A stretch of 63,748 nt of DNA, from positions 1 through 63,748 of the forward strand of contig JBAYJI010000001.1 in assembly GCA_041665205.1 (NCBI GenBank), written 5' to 3'. The position numbers and the translations under genes are program-made. The DNA comes from Minisyncoccota bacterium. Lineage in GTDB: Bacteria; Patescibacteriota; Minisyncoccia; Phycocordibacterales; Phycocordibacteraceae. The notes beneath the pieces were generated by a model. It did no database searches, was not told the DNA's origin, and saw nothing but the letters and a program-made list of their open reading frames with translations. Shown one piece after another: positions 17,590 to 27,055 of this stretch. Positions within the stretch are counted from its first letter, which is position 1; each line of letters opens with the position of its first letter.

Positions 17590-18960
17590 ATGCACCGTAT
17601 GCTTTTCTTTAAGAAATACAGATGGGAGATCGCGATATTCGCGCTCGCGCTTGTCGTGCGCTGCCTCTACTTGGGGATGAGTGTTGAGGCGTGGGGCGGG
17701 GATGTGAACGGAGCCGTCGAGGGCTCCGACTACTATTTCGTATTGAGCGAGAATATTTTGGCGGGCAACGGATTCTCAATTGCCACAGAGCCGCCCTATG
17801 AGATGAATTCGTTTCGGACGCCCGTGATGCCATACTTCCTTGCGGCTGCACACAAGGTCTTCGGCGGATATCTCGGGGCTGTACTCTTCCAGGTCATTCT
17901 CGCGAGCCTTCTGCCGCTTCTTGGTATGGTTCTCGCGTGGCAGGTCGTACGGAGACGAGACGTATGTATAGCGGTCGGCATCTTCCTTGCGCTCGAGCCC
18001 TTTACTATCCTGTTCTCGACCATTTTCTACAGCGAGACCGTATTTACGTTCATATTTCTCGTGTCGCTTCTCTATTTCTTCAAATATGTAGATGATCGAC
18101 GACTCCTCTATCTCCTCTTCAGTGGCGCGTTCATGGGCTTCGCAATACTTACCAAGCCCACCGTCGAGTTCTTGCCGCTCTTTCTTGGTGCGCTCCTGCT
18201 CTGGCTCTGGCGCGCTGACTGGAAGCGCGGGCTGGTTCACGTGACATATTTCTTCGCTCTGTGCGCCCTTGTCGTCGCCCCCTGGGTGTATCGCAACTAC
18301 ATCGTGACGGGATCACCGGGGTTGAGCCCTCAAACGGGTGTGCAGCTCTATACGGTGCTGTGGCCTTCGGTAGCAGCCATGAAGAATGGTACCAGCTTCC
18401 AAAAAGAATTTCAGGAATTGATCGACAGCGGCGTGAGCGGTCCGAATAACGCGAGCGTCGCAGAATCTGCGCAGGACCTCAAACTTTCCCTGCCGCTCCT
18501 CTTAGAGAATCCGGTCCCGCTCGCCCTCGTGAGCGCTAACAATGCCCTTGGATTTTTTACCCATGACGGCGTGTACGATGTGCTCCGGCATCTCAAGATA
18601 CGTCCGGACCAAGGGTTCGGAGGACCGGCGCTCTTCTTCGCGCTTAGAGATCCGGCAGCGTTTCTCGGGCTGACAATCCACTTCGTACAGACGCCATTCG
18701 CGCTTGTCCTTATCATGCGCGTCATCTGGGTCGCGTTAACCGTACTCTGCATCCTCGGCATGATCCGCTATCTCATGCGCGAGCGGAGACCTGCGGGTAT
18801 CGCGGCCATCATCATCGTCCTGTACTTCATGCTCACGACGCTTGTCGTCGGGTTGGCGGTCAATGCGCGTTATCGTTTGCCGGTGAACGTGTTTATCACC
18901 GCATTTGCCGCCTACGCCGCCCTGCCGCTTATCGCACGACTGCGTCCCCGCCATGTATAA
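17590..18960 (+). CDS. GT-C fold membrane glycosyltransferase (GT39/ArnT/PMT-like), copy 2
   Basis: GNGFSIATEPPYEMNSFRTPVMPYF loop and C-terminal NARYRLPVNVFITAFAAY both align with copy 1 (NFRYRLPVNAIILTFAAY). Confidence 0.7.
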   Translation: MHRMLFFKKYRWEIAIFALALVVRCLYLGMSVEAWGGDVNGAVEGSDYYFVLSENILAGNGFSIATEPPYEMNSFRTPVMPYFLAAAHKVFGGYLGAVLFQVILASLLPLLGMVLAWQVVRRRDVCIAVGIFLALEPFTILFSTIFYSETVFTFIFLVSLLYFFKYVDDRRLLYLLFSGAFMGFAILTKPTVEFLPLFLGALLLWLWRADWKRGLVHVTYFFALCALVVAPWVYRNYIVTGSPGLSPQTGVQLYTVLWPSVAAMKNGTSFQKEFQELIDSGVSGPNNASVAESAQDLKLSLPLLLENPVPLALVSANNALGFFTHDGVYDVLRHLKIRPDQGFGGPALFFALRDPAAFLGLTIHFVQTPFALVLIMRVIWVALTVLCILGMIRYLMRERRPAGIAAIIIVLYFMLTTLVVGLAVNARYRLPVNVFITAFAAYAALPLIARLRPRHV

Positions 18961-19639
18961 GAAGCTCTCCGTCATCATACCGGCCTACAACGAAGAGCGG
19001 ACCATCGTCGCGATTCTCGAGAAGGTGATGCGGGCACAGATACCGCTTGAGAAGGAGGTAATCGTCGTCGACAACAACTCGCGCGACCGGACAGTCGCGC
19101 TTGCAACCAAGGTGGCGGGAGTGCGAGTTATACACGAGAGCCGGCAGGGTAAGGGCGCGGCGCTTCGGCGGGGAATGACGGAGGCAACCGGCGACATCGT
19201 CATCTTCCAAGATGCAGACCTCGAATATGATCCGGACGATTATGCGGCCGTCGTCGCGCCCATTCTCGACGGCAGAACAGAGGCCGTGCTCGGTGTGCGC
19301 ACCGCTTCGCGCCACCAGCACTGGTACATCTACTATCTCGGTTTTCTCGGCAATAGTGCGATCACGCTCTGGACCAATCTTCTGTATGGCAACCATGCGG
19401 GCGAATATGAGGGATGCTATAAAGCGTTTACCAAGCGGCTGCTCTCGGAGGTGACGCTCCGTCAGTCGGGCTTCGAGATAGACAACGAGCTCGTCTGCAA
19501 GATCCTCAAACGCGGACACAAGACGACGGATGTGCATATCCGCTACTACCCGCGCGATTATACAGAAGGCAAGAAGATCGGCGCAGCGGACTTCTTCAAG
19601 ATTATCTGGACGGTGACCAAGTATCGTTTTATCGACTAG
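18953..19639 (+). CDS. GT2 glycosyltransferase, polyprenyl-phosphate sugar synthase-like (GtrB/DPM1-like)
   Basis: LSVIIPAYNEERTI, VVDNNSRD, DXD motif FQDADLEYD. Start ATG 18953 overlaps the upstream stop by 8 nt. Confidence 0.8.
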   Translation: MYKKLSVIIPAYNEERTIVAILEKVMRAQIPLEKEVIVVDNNSRDRTVALATKVAGVRVIHESRQGKGAALRRGMTEATGDIVIFQDADLEYDPDDYAAVVAPILDGRTEAVLGVRTASRHQHWYIYYLGFLGNSAITLWTNLLYGNHAGEYEGCYKAFTKRLLSEVTLRQSGFEIDNELVCKILKRGHKTTDVHIRYYPRDYTEGKKIGAADFFKIIWTVTKYRFID

Positions 19640-19647
19640 CAACTTGC

Positions 19648-20811
19648 ATGAAAATCATTTGCATTTCCCATTGGCGGTTCCCCTCGGAGAAGACCATGGC
19701 GCCGTACATGATGCGCGTGCTCGAGGCCTTTGCGCGCGAGGGAGCTGAAGTGGAGCTCTGGGCGCCGCGCCGACAGAACAACCGCGAGCTTGCAGAGCAA
19801 GATCCTTTTGCGTACCACCTCATTGAGCGCAATTTTGTCATAAAGAAATTGCCGGTCATAGACCTTATGCCGTACGTGGCGGGGAAACTCGGATTCCTCC
19901 TGATGCTGGGGAGTTTCATTGTGGCAGTCTTCTTCAAGATGCTTTTTATGCGAGGACGCAAGGATGCAATCTTTTATTTTTTCGACTTGCGCGATGCGGC
20001 CACAGCGCATCTCTTGAGCGACAAGACATTCTGCGAGATACACATGTACTACCGCAGCAGCCTCGACGCCATTAATCGCCGCGGCTTCAAGCGGATGCGG
20101 GGCATCATCGCCGCCACCAAGCCCCTGCAGACAGAGATCACTCGCGACTTTGCGGTGCCGCAAGAGAAGATTCTCTATGCGCCGTGCGGCGTCAACTTTG
20201 AGCGGTTCGGTATCAACACGCCTCAAGCGGAGGCGCGCGCGGCGCTCGGTCTCCCGCAAGAAGGGAAGATTATCCTCTATGTCGGGCACCTCTTCCCGGT
20301 AAAAGGGGTAAACGTATTGTTCGATACTCACGCCTATCTGAAGGAGGGCGAGACTATCTATTTCGTCGGCGGCACCGACGAAGACATACTGGGGTTCAGG
20401 CAGAAATGGCGTGATGCCGGGTCGCCCCAGAATATCGTCATCGCCGGCCGCAAGCCGCACGGAGACATCCCGCTCTGGCTCTGCGCGGCAGACATCCTCT
20501 CGATACCCAATACCGCCAAGGAGGCGGCTGGTGCTATCGAGTCATCACCTTCGAAGCTTATCGAGTATATGGCGTCAGGGCGACCCATTGTCGCTTCTGA
20601 TGTGCCCGGGATCCGCGACGTGCTCTTTGAGGGGATGGGGTACTTTGCCGAACCCGATAATGCTGCCGCTATCGCGGATGCTGTCCACGAGGTGTTTGCC
20701 GAACCGCACGAGGCCGCAGCGCGAGCTCTCCGTGCCCGTGCCGCAGCGAAGAACCTTGGATGGAATGCTCGTGCCAAGTCACTCCTCGCTTTTATGCGCC
20801 GCCTCTCATGA
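19648..20811 (+). CDS. Glycosyltransferase family 4-like
   Basis: GT-B C-terminal block AIESSPSKLIEYMASGRPIVASDVPGIRDVL. Confidence 0.75.
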   Translation: MKIICISHWRFPSEKTMAPYMMRVLEAFAREGAEVELWAPRRQNNRELAEQDPFAYHLIERNFVIKKLPVIDLMPYVAGKLGFLLMLGSFIVAVFFKMLFMRGRKDAIFYFFDLRDAATAHLLSDKTFCEIHMYYRSSLDAINRRGFKRMRGIIAATKPLQTEITRDFAVPQEKILYAPCGVNFERFGINTPQAEARAALGLPQEGKIILYVGHLFPVKGVNVLFDTHAYLKEGETIYFVGGTDEDILGFRQKWRDAGSPQNIVIAGRKPHGDIPLWLCAADILSIPNTAKEAAGAIESSPSKLIEYMASGRPIVASDVPGIRDVLFEGMGYFAEPDNAAAIADAVHEVFAEPHEAAARALRARAAAKNLGWNARAKSLLAFMRRLS

Positions 20812-21452
20812 CGTTATTGAAAAGCATATTTCCTGCGTCATGGCACTACGCTCTCTCAAATGTGAAGCGCAAGCTATTCGGCTATACGCAGTATGCGCAG
20901 TTCGGAGAAGATACGGTCCTATTGGAGATCTTTAAAGATATGCCAAAAGGCAGGTATGTAGATGTTGGTGCGCATCATCCCTACCGCTACTCAAATACTT
21001 ATTTGCTCTACAAGAGAGGTTGGCAAGGGGTAAATATCGATCCAAACCCACATACCACCCGACTTTTTAATAAAGCACGTCCTGATGACACAAATATCTG
21101 CAGTGGAGTAGGCAGGGCAGGTACACTCGCGTATCACCAATTTTCCGATCCGGCAGTGAATACGTTTAGTCGGGAGGAGGCCGAAAAGTGGATGCAGAAA
21201 TCGTTTTTAAAATTCCTTGGGACGACCGAAGTCGAAGTGCGCCCGCTCTCACAGCTAATTGAAGGACCAGTCGATCTCCTTACGATAGATGCGGAAGGAA
21301 TGGATTTGGAAGTCCTACAATCCTATGATTGGGGACATTACCCGAAGGCCATTGTTGTCGAAGGGGAGGGGTCGAAACAATTCCTTCTTGAAAATGGTTA
21401 TACGCTATATGCAGAACGTGGCGCTTCGTTCATCTACGTGTATGGGAATTAA
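20808..21452 (+). CDS. FkbM-family methyltransferase
   Basis: ATGA overlap. YVDVGAHHPYRYSNT and LLTIDAEGMDLEVL blocks typical of the FkbM family. Visibly more AT-rich than its neighbours. Confidence 0.65.
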   Translation: MTLLKSIFPASWHYALSNVKRKLFGYTQYAQFGEDTVLLEIFKDMPKGRYVDVGAHHPYRYSNTYLLYKRGWQGVNIDPNPHTTRLFNKARPDDTNICSGVGRAGTLAYHQFSDPAVNTFSREEAEKWMQKSFLKFLGTTEVEVRPLSQLIEGPVDLLTIDAEGMDLEVLQSYDWGHYPKAIVVEGEGSKQFLLENGYTLYAERGASFIYVYGN

Positions 21453-22440
21453 AAAGGTGCTCACGTTCCGTGCTTCTTCTATCGGCGATTCGCTCATGGG
21501 GAAGTATTTCCTAGAGAATATCCGTGCCGCATATCCCGAGGCGCGCCTCGCGCTCGCCGTCTCAAGTCGCGTAGGGATGATCCGCGACCTCTTTGCCGCG
21601 TACTCGTGGCTTGAGGTCGTCGAGGCGAACAAGACCCCATGCTCGTTACTCGCTCTCTTTAAGCGCGGGCGAAATGATGTGGCCGTGACGCCCTACACGG
21701 GCGGCGTGTACCCGCTCGCGCCCAAGCTCTTCGCGCGGTTTATTGCGCGCACACTTGTCGGCTACGCCGACAAGTCGAGACTCAGTCGGTTTTTGTATAC
21801 AAAACTCATTCCACTTGTCGGTCGCAGCCGAGCCCCGCGGCTCCTCGAGTGTGATGCGCTTGCGGCAATCGGCACCCCCGTCTCTATTCCGCGTCCGACC
21901 TTTACGTATCTGCCGCAGCCGCAGCTCCTAGAGCGACTCGGACTACAGGCAAAGAACTACACCGTGCTGCATCTCTTCTCTGGGAGCGACGCGCGCGGGC
22001 TCTCGCTTAAGCGCAAGCAGGAACTCATTCAGGCATTGGCAGCTGTGTTGCCCGAGGGAATGAAGCTTGTATTGACCGGTTCGGACAAAGAGCGAGAGAG
22101 TCTCGGAAACAGTCTCCCGTTGCAGGCAGTGTCAGCGCAGACCACGCTTCAAGAGCTTGCGGCGCTTGTCGATCAGAGTGCCCTCATGGTGTCGCTCGAC
22201 ACCGGCGCCGCACACCTCGCCGCACACCTACAGAAGCCGCTCATCGTGCTCGCCAGCTGTGTCGGGGTGCAGTGGTGGGGGAGCGACATGTACGGAGAGA
22301 ATATTCCCACGTCTCTCTTCACCCGTCTTGACGTCTGCAAGGACGGCCACGATTATTCCGGCTACGCGAAGTGCCTTGAAGCGATAGATGTCATTGAAGT
22401 TGCAGAAAAGGCGCGCAAGCTGTTCAGGATGACGGCATAA
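21442..22440 (+). CDS. Glycosyltransferase family 9 (heptosyltransferase-like)
   Basis: VLTFRASSIGDSLMGKYFLENIRAAYPEARLALAV N-terminus and MVSLDTGAAHLAAHLQKPLIVL C-terminal GT9 signature. Start ATG 21442. Confidence 0.75.
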   Translation: MGIKKVLTFRASSIGDSLMGKYFLENIRAAYPEARLALAVSSRVGMIRDLFAAYSWLEVVEANKTPCSLLALFKRGRNDVAVTPYTGGVYPLAPKLFARFIARTLVGYADKSRLSRFLYTKLIPLVGRSRAPRLLECDALAAIGTPVSIPRPTFTYLPQPQLLERLGLQAKNYTVLHLFSGSDARGLSLKRKQELIQALAAVLPEGMKLVLTGSDKERESLGNSLPLQAVSAQTTLQELAALVDQSALMVSLDTGAAHLAAHLQKPLIVLASCVGVQWWGSDMYGENIPTSLFTRLDVCKDGHDYSGYAKCLEAIDVIEVAEKARKLFRMTA

Positions 22441-22454
22441 GGTATCATTACCGT

Positions 22455-23111
22455 ATGAATATCCGATCCATCCCGCGATATGTAGCAGAATTGCCATATT
22501 ATCTCCGTGGTACGAAACAGGCGATTACCGAGTGGGGAGACCGCATGACGGTACCTTTCCCTGAGTTTCGTTCGCTCTGCACGCTCGGCTATATCGGCGG
22601 CGCAGAAAAAGAGGTGTATGAATACCTACACAAGACAATCACCGCAAAGGATATCTTCTTTGATATAGGTGCGAACGCCGGGTTCTATTCGCTCCTCGCC
22701 ATACAGAAAGGTGCTACCGTCCATGCCTTTGAGCCGATACCGTCCACGTTTAAACTCCTTGAGCAGAACACCGAAGGCAAGAGTATTAGTCTGCACCCTG
22801 TTGCCGTATCGTCCGCAACGGGTACCGTGCGGATGAAGCAGAACGGATCGTCGGGGCTCAATCGGGTAGATAGCAACGGGAATACGGTCGTGCAGACCAT
22901 CACGCTTGATGAGTTTGGCGTCGTACCGACGATAGTAAAGGTAGACGTAGAAGGGCACGAGCTGGCGGCGTTTCAGGGGGCCGAGAGGATTCTGCGAGAG
23001 CATAAGCCGATCATCGTTGCTGAAATATCAGATGCATCCGCAATCGACTTCCTTTGCTCCCTCGGATACACACAAACACTTCTTGGGAAGAATAACTACG
23101 TATTCGTATGA
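22455..23111 (+). CDS. FkbM-family methyltransferase
   Basis: FFDIGANAGFYSLLA, IVKVDVEGHELAAFQGA. Confidence 0.75.
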   Translation: MNIRSIPRYVAELPYYLRGTKQAITEWGDRMTVPFPEFRSLCTLGYIGGAEKEVYEYLHKTITAKDIFFDIGANAGFYSLLAIQKGATVHAFEPIPSTFKLLEQNTEGKSISLHPVAVSSATGTVRMKQNGSSGLNRVDSNGNTVVQTITLDEFGVVPTIVKVDVEGHELAAFQGAERILREHKPIIVAEISDASAIDFLCSLGYTQTLLGKNNYVFV

Positions 23112-23788
23112 GACAACTCATGAAAAAAGTCGCTCTGCGCGTGCTCGTGTTTATCGAATGGCTCGTCGACTTCCATACGTCGCCCTTGCCGCCGATGAAG
23201 CAGCGACTGGAAGAGATTTTTGGCCGGTATGAGATCGGCACGACACGGTTTATCAAGAAGAATTTACGCGGTGGGGTCACCTTCGATATCGGCGCTAATG
23301 TCGGCTACTACGCGCGCCTCATGGCTTGCTATGCCGACCGTGTCTACGCCTTTGAACCCGATCCGGACAACTTCAAGATCTTGGAGGAGAATTGCAGGCG
23401 ACATCCGAACATTACCCCTCTTAATATGGCGGTGTGCGACCGGGTAGGGACCATCGACTTCTTCAAGGTGACGAAATCGGCTATGCGCCACTCGATTATC
23501 GACGAGGGAGTGGGGACCGAGAAGCTTACGGTACAGTGCACGTCGCTCGACGCTTTTATCGCAGAGCACGGCATAAAAGGAGTGAAGCTTATTAAGATGG
23601 ACGTGGAGGGCGCCGAGCCGCTCGCATTTGAAGGTATGCAGGAGCTTCTCGCGAGAGAAACCCCCATCGTCATTTACGAAGGAGACGATCCCAAGGCAAA
23701 AGCGATATCAGAGAACGGTGACATCATCAAGGCCTCGGATGCCGCGTGGTGGGGCTCGCGCAAGAAGGTGACTAACCTCGTACGGTAG
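23108..23788 (+). CDS. FkbM-family methyltransferase
   Basis: ATGA overlap. TFDIGANVGYYARLMA, LIKMDVEGAEPLAFEGM. Confidence 0.75.
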   Translation: MRQLMKKVALRVLVFIEWLVDFHTSPLPPMKQRLEEIFGRYEIGTTRFIKKNLRGGVTFDIGANVGYYARLMACYADRVYAFEPDPDNFKILEENCRRHPNITPLNMAVCDRVGTIDFFKVTKSAMRHSIIDEGVGTEKLTVQCTSLDAFIAEHGIKGVKLIKMDVEGAEPLAFEGMQELLARETPIVIYEGDDPKAKAISENGDIIKASDAAWWGSRKKVTNLVR

Positions 23789-23792
23789 GTAT

Positions 23793-25661
23793 ATGCGGGG
23801 AAGGAACATACTCCTGCTTTCTGAGTTGAAGCATGTTGATGCGGTCGCTCCTTTTCTTTCTGCTCACCCGGAGATACGCGAAGGAGGATATCTCGTGATT
23901 CCGCTGGATCTAGAGATAGAGTATGTCCTGACCACACGGGGAATACCTTTTGAATCGGGAAGAACTTTCCGCAGCGGAGATGCCGATCCGATGATTGTGA
24001 GTGAGGAATGGTCGCGTGCTCTTCTAGAGGACGAACAGTGGGGATTCTTCCGCTACCGCAAGGTCGTGCTCTCGCAACTCTATTTCCATCCGCTTCAGGT
24101 CTACCTTATGTCGGTGCTGTATTGCGCCGATATCGTATCGAACATTGTCTCGCGCTATCCGCATGCCGAGCGTCTCATCGTTTTCCCTTCGACGTATCTC
24201 ACACCGTCGACTGGGTTCTCGTTAGAGAGTCACCGGATACGAGCGTTCGTTGATGTGGTGTCGACTATTGGCGCACAGAGCAATAAGGAAGTACGTATAC
24301 CCGAAGTGACGATGGCGGCTCACCAACTGACGCATACCGCATCGTTCGCAGGCAAGCGGTTCTTGTTTGGGGTGGGGATCAGTCTGCTCAATGCGCTGGT
24401 CGCAGTCTTTTGCCGGCCGCGGCGCATACGGATACTCGCGAGCGATTACTGGAGGAATCTCGCACCATACGTGAAGCATCTCGATTCTGCTGAAGTGGTG
24501 CTTATTGATCGGAAAGAAGCGTTGCGCGCCGGCCTTGCGAACGTAGCGAGATTCCGCATGCGCTTCTTGCATCTGGATGCGTACGCGCAGGAGAATTCTC
24601 TCGAGCAGGAAGAAGCGCGAAGCCGCATAGCGCGCGAGTGGCAGACTGTTCGCTCAAGCGTACCGGCTCTTGTCTTCCGAGGATTCTCTCTGCGATCACT
24701 GGTGCTGGACGCACTCGAGAGTATCGTCGACGACGCTCTCGAGAAATCGCTCAAAGATATTGATGACGCATATGCGCTTGTGGCGCGTTTGAAGCCTGAT
24801 GTGGTCGAACTACGCACGACGATAAGCATCCAGACGCATGTTGGTATCCTTGCACAAGTCGCTCGTACACTCAGCATTCCGTCTCTCGAGATGCAGCACG
24901 GACTCGAATACTATGGTCCCGGCTCGATGGACCGCTATCACCGGGCGGCGTACATGGGTGTGTATGGGCGAATCACGCAGCAGGAGCTCAGAACAGCAGG
25001 AGATTACACGACAACGATTGCTATCGGCTCTCCGCGCTTTGATGTATACGCCGTTTCGGATACAGGAGGGGCACCGTCCGTGCCGGGATCCGAAAATCTT
25101 GTATTTCTCTGTATCGCTCCGGCAGTGGTGCCCGGTATGGCGACCGATACGTATGATGTCGAAGAGTATTTCCAGTCGATTGGCACCGCGCTGCGCAAGT
25201 TCCCGCACGCTTCTGCTGTTGTCAAACTGCGCGGCTCGTATCGAGAATCTTTTTACCGCAGCACAATCGCGGCTGCCTGTTCAGGGGTTCCCATTACTAT
25301 CGTGACCGCCGGGTCGCTTGAGGGGCTCTACGCCATGGCGGATGCGGTTATTTCTTGCAACTCGACCGCAATACTGGAGGCGATGCAGTGCGGAAAGCCG
25401 GTCGTGTATCTCGGCATCTCCTTGCGTGAGCGCATGACGAGTCAGTGCTTCTCTCACGTTGTAGAAGAGGGTGCAATGCGGCTGGCGACGAATACCGAGG
25501 AGCTCGAGAAAGTGCTCCAGGGTCTCTCTCTTGCCACAGAGCGCGGACAAATCGCACATAAAGCAACAGCTCTTTTGGAGCGAGAGTATTCTTTTGACGG
25601 CAAGGCATCTGAGCGGGCCGCAGCACTGATCACCACTCTTGCATCCCGGCAGCTGCCGTAA
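23793..25661 (+). CDS. 622-aa protein of unknown function; C-terminal half looks like a GT-B/capsule-polymerase or glycerophosphotransferase-type domain
   Basis: No motif I can name in the N-terminal ~400 aa. C-terminal LVFLCIAPAV...VVKLRGSY...LYAMADAVISCNSTAILEAMQCGKPVVYLG resembles the nucleotide-sugar-binding half of GT-B enzymes. Confidence 0.4.
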   Translation: MRGRNILLLSELKHVDAVAPFLSAHPEIREGGYLVIPLDLEIEYVLTTRGIPFESGRTFRSGDADPMIVSEEWSRALLEDEQWGFFRYRKVVLSQLYFHPLQVYLMSVLYCADIVSNIVSRYPHAERLIVFPSTYLTPSTGFSLESHRIRAFVDVVSTIGAQSNKEVRIPEVTMAAHQLTHTASFAGKRFLFGVGISLLNALVAVFCRPRRIRILASDYWRNLAPYVKHLDSAEVVLIDRKEALRAGLANVARFRMRFLHLDAYAQENSLEQEEARSRIAREWQTVRSSVPALVFRGFSLRSLVLDALESIVDDALEKSLKDIDDAYALVARLKPDVVELRTTISIQTHVGILAQVARTLSIPSLEMQHGLEYYGPGSMDRYHRAAYMGVYGRITQQELRTAGDYTTTIAIGSPRFDVYAVSDTGGAPSVPGSENLVFLCIAPAVVPGMATDTYDVEEYFQSIGTALRKFPHASAVVKLRGSYRESFYRSTIAAACSGVPITIVTAGSLEGLYAMADAVISCNSTAILEAMQCGKPVVYLGISLRERMTSQCFSHVVEEGAMRLATNTEELEKVLQGLSLATERGQIAHKATALLEREYSFDGKASERAAALITTLASRQLP

Positions 25662-25677
25662 GAGTTATCATACGTCT

Positions 25678-26424
25678 ATGCGCGTCATTGCCCGGCTCGA
25701 TATCAAAGGTCCCAGCCTGATTAAGACGATCCGTACCGAAGGGTTGCGGATCATGGGAGACCCTCGGGTGTTTGCGGAGCGCTACTATGAGGGAGGTGCC
25801 GATGAGCTTATATATATGGACATTGTCGCGAGTCTGTATCAACGGAATCTCGACTTCGAACAGCTCCGCAACGTTTCCGAGAATGTATTTGTTCCGATTA
25901 CGGCCGGGGGCGGCATTCGTTCGGTCGGTGATATCGAAGCAGCGCTTCGCGCAGGTGCCGACAAGGTCGCTATCAACACGTTTGCGATACACCACCCCGA
26001 ATTCCTGACAGAAGCGGTGGAGCGTTTTGGCGCACAGTGTATCGTGCTCTCGGTCGAAGCGAAGAAGACGAGTGACAGGAAGTGGGAGGCCTATACCGAC
26101 GGTGGGCGCGAGAAGACGGGTGTCGACGCTTTGGAGTGGATCACTCGCGGCGTCAGGCTCGGTGTCGGGGAGATATTACTGACGTCAGTTGATAGAGACG
26201 GCACGAAGACCGGGTACGATCTTGAACTCATCCGCGCAGTCGCGAATACTACGGCCGTTCCGGTCATCGCTCACGGCGGTGCCGGGAGCGCGGAGGACCT
26301 GCTCGCTGCCGCGCACGTAGGTGCCGACGCAGTATCCGCTTCTTCGATCTATCATTACAATCTGACCTCATTGCCGCAGGTGAAAGAGTTTCTGCGAGCG
26401 CAGGGAACCGCGATACGCATATGA
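25678..26424 (+). CDS. hisF: Imidazole-glycerol-phosphate-synthase cyclase subunit paralog (HisF/WbuZ-like), glycan amidotransferase partner
   Basis: MRVIARLDIKG...GADELIYMDI...PITAGGGIRS...GADKVAINT...GEILLTSVDRDGT...IAHGGAG. Genomic context is glycan synthesis, not his biosynthesis. Confidence 0.85.
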   Translation: MRVIARLDIKGPSLIKTIRTEGLRIMGDPRVFAERYYEGGADELIYMDIVASLYQRNLDFEQLRNVSENVFVPITAGGGIRSVGDIEAALRAGADKVAINTFAIHHPEFLTEAVERFGAQCIVLSVEAKKTSDRKWEAYTDGGREKTGVDALEWITRGVRLGVGEILLTSVDRDGTKTGYDLELIRAVANTTAVPVIAHGGAGSAEDLLAAAHVGADAVSASSIYHYNLTSLPQVKEFLRAQGTAIRI

Positions 26425-27053
26425 AAAAGGATCCAACTATCGTCATCATCGATTCCGGCGTCGGGAACTTATGGAGCGTTCTCAAGGCGGTTCGTCGCTT
26501 CGCGCCCACCGCGTTCATCACTGAAGAGAAGGAGGGGGTTGAAGCCGCCGACGCGATTATCTTACCGGGGGTCGGTACCTTCAAGGCGGGTATGGACGGC
26601 CTTGTCGTGCGCGGACTCGTCGAACCGATACGGGCGGCGGCGGAGCGCGGTGTACCGATATTAGGAATTTGTCTCGGGGCGCAGCTCTTGCTCGAGCGCG
26701 GGTATGAATTCGGCGAACATGAAGGTCTTGGTCTTATTTCTGGCGAGGTCGTACCGTTTCCCGAGCTGCCTTCTGGTGTGAAGGTGCCGGCCATCGGCTG
26801 GCAAGAGGTCGTGCCGACGGATCTACAGTCAGCAATGCTCTTTGCGGGCATCGCGAAGCCGTTCTTCTATTTTGTACACTCGTATGTCCTCGCGCCCTCC
26901 GTGCCGGGGACAGCGCTTGCGGGGACGACCTATGGCGGCTATGCTTACTGCGCAACGGTCGGACAAGGGAATGTCTACGGGACGCAGTTCCATCCCGAGA
27001 AAAGCGGTGAAGCAGGTTTGCAACTTATACAAAATTTCATTCGTTCAATATAG
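26421..27053 (+). CDS. hisH: Glutamine amidotransferase subunit paralog (HisH/WbuY-like)
   Basis: ATGA overlap. IVIIDSGVGNLWSV, ILPGVGTF, catalytic GICLGAQLL, C-terminal GTQFHPEKSG. Confidence 0.85.
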   Translation: MKKDPTIVIIDSGVGNLWSVLKAVRRFAPTAFITEEKEGVEAADAIILPGVGTFKAGMDGLVVRGLVEPIRAAAERGVPILGICLGAQLLLERGYEFGEHEGLGLISGEVVPFPELPSGVKVPAIGWQEVVPTDLQSAMLFAGIAKPFFYFVHSYVLAPSVPGTALAGTTYGGYAYCATVGQGNVYGTQFHPEKSGEAGLQLIQNFIRSI

Positions 27054-27055
27054 AT

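Noticed and set aside
25678-27053. Histidine biosynthesis genes hisF/hisH
   Set aside because: Sequence family is correct but context is not. They are translationally coupled to a PP-loop sugar amidotransferase within a nonulosonate locus, the known WbuY/WbuZ-type arrangement. No other his genes are nearby.
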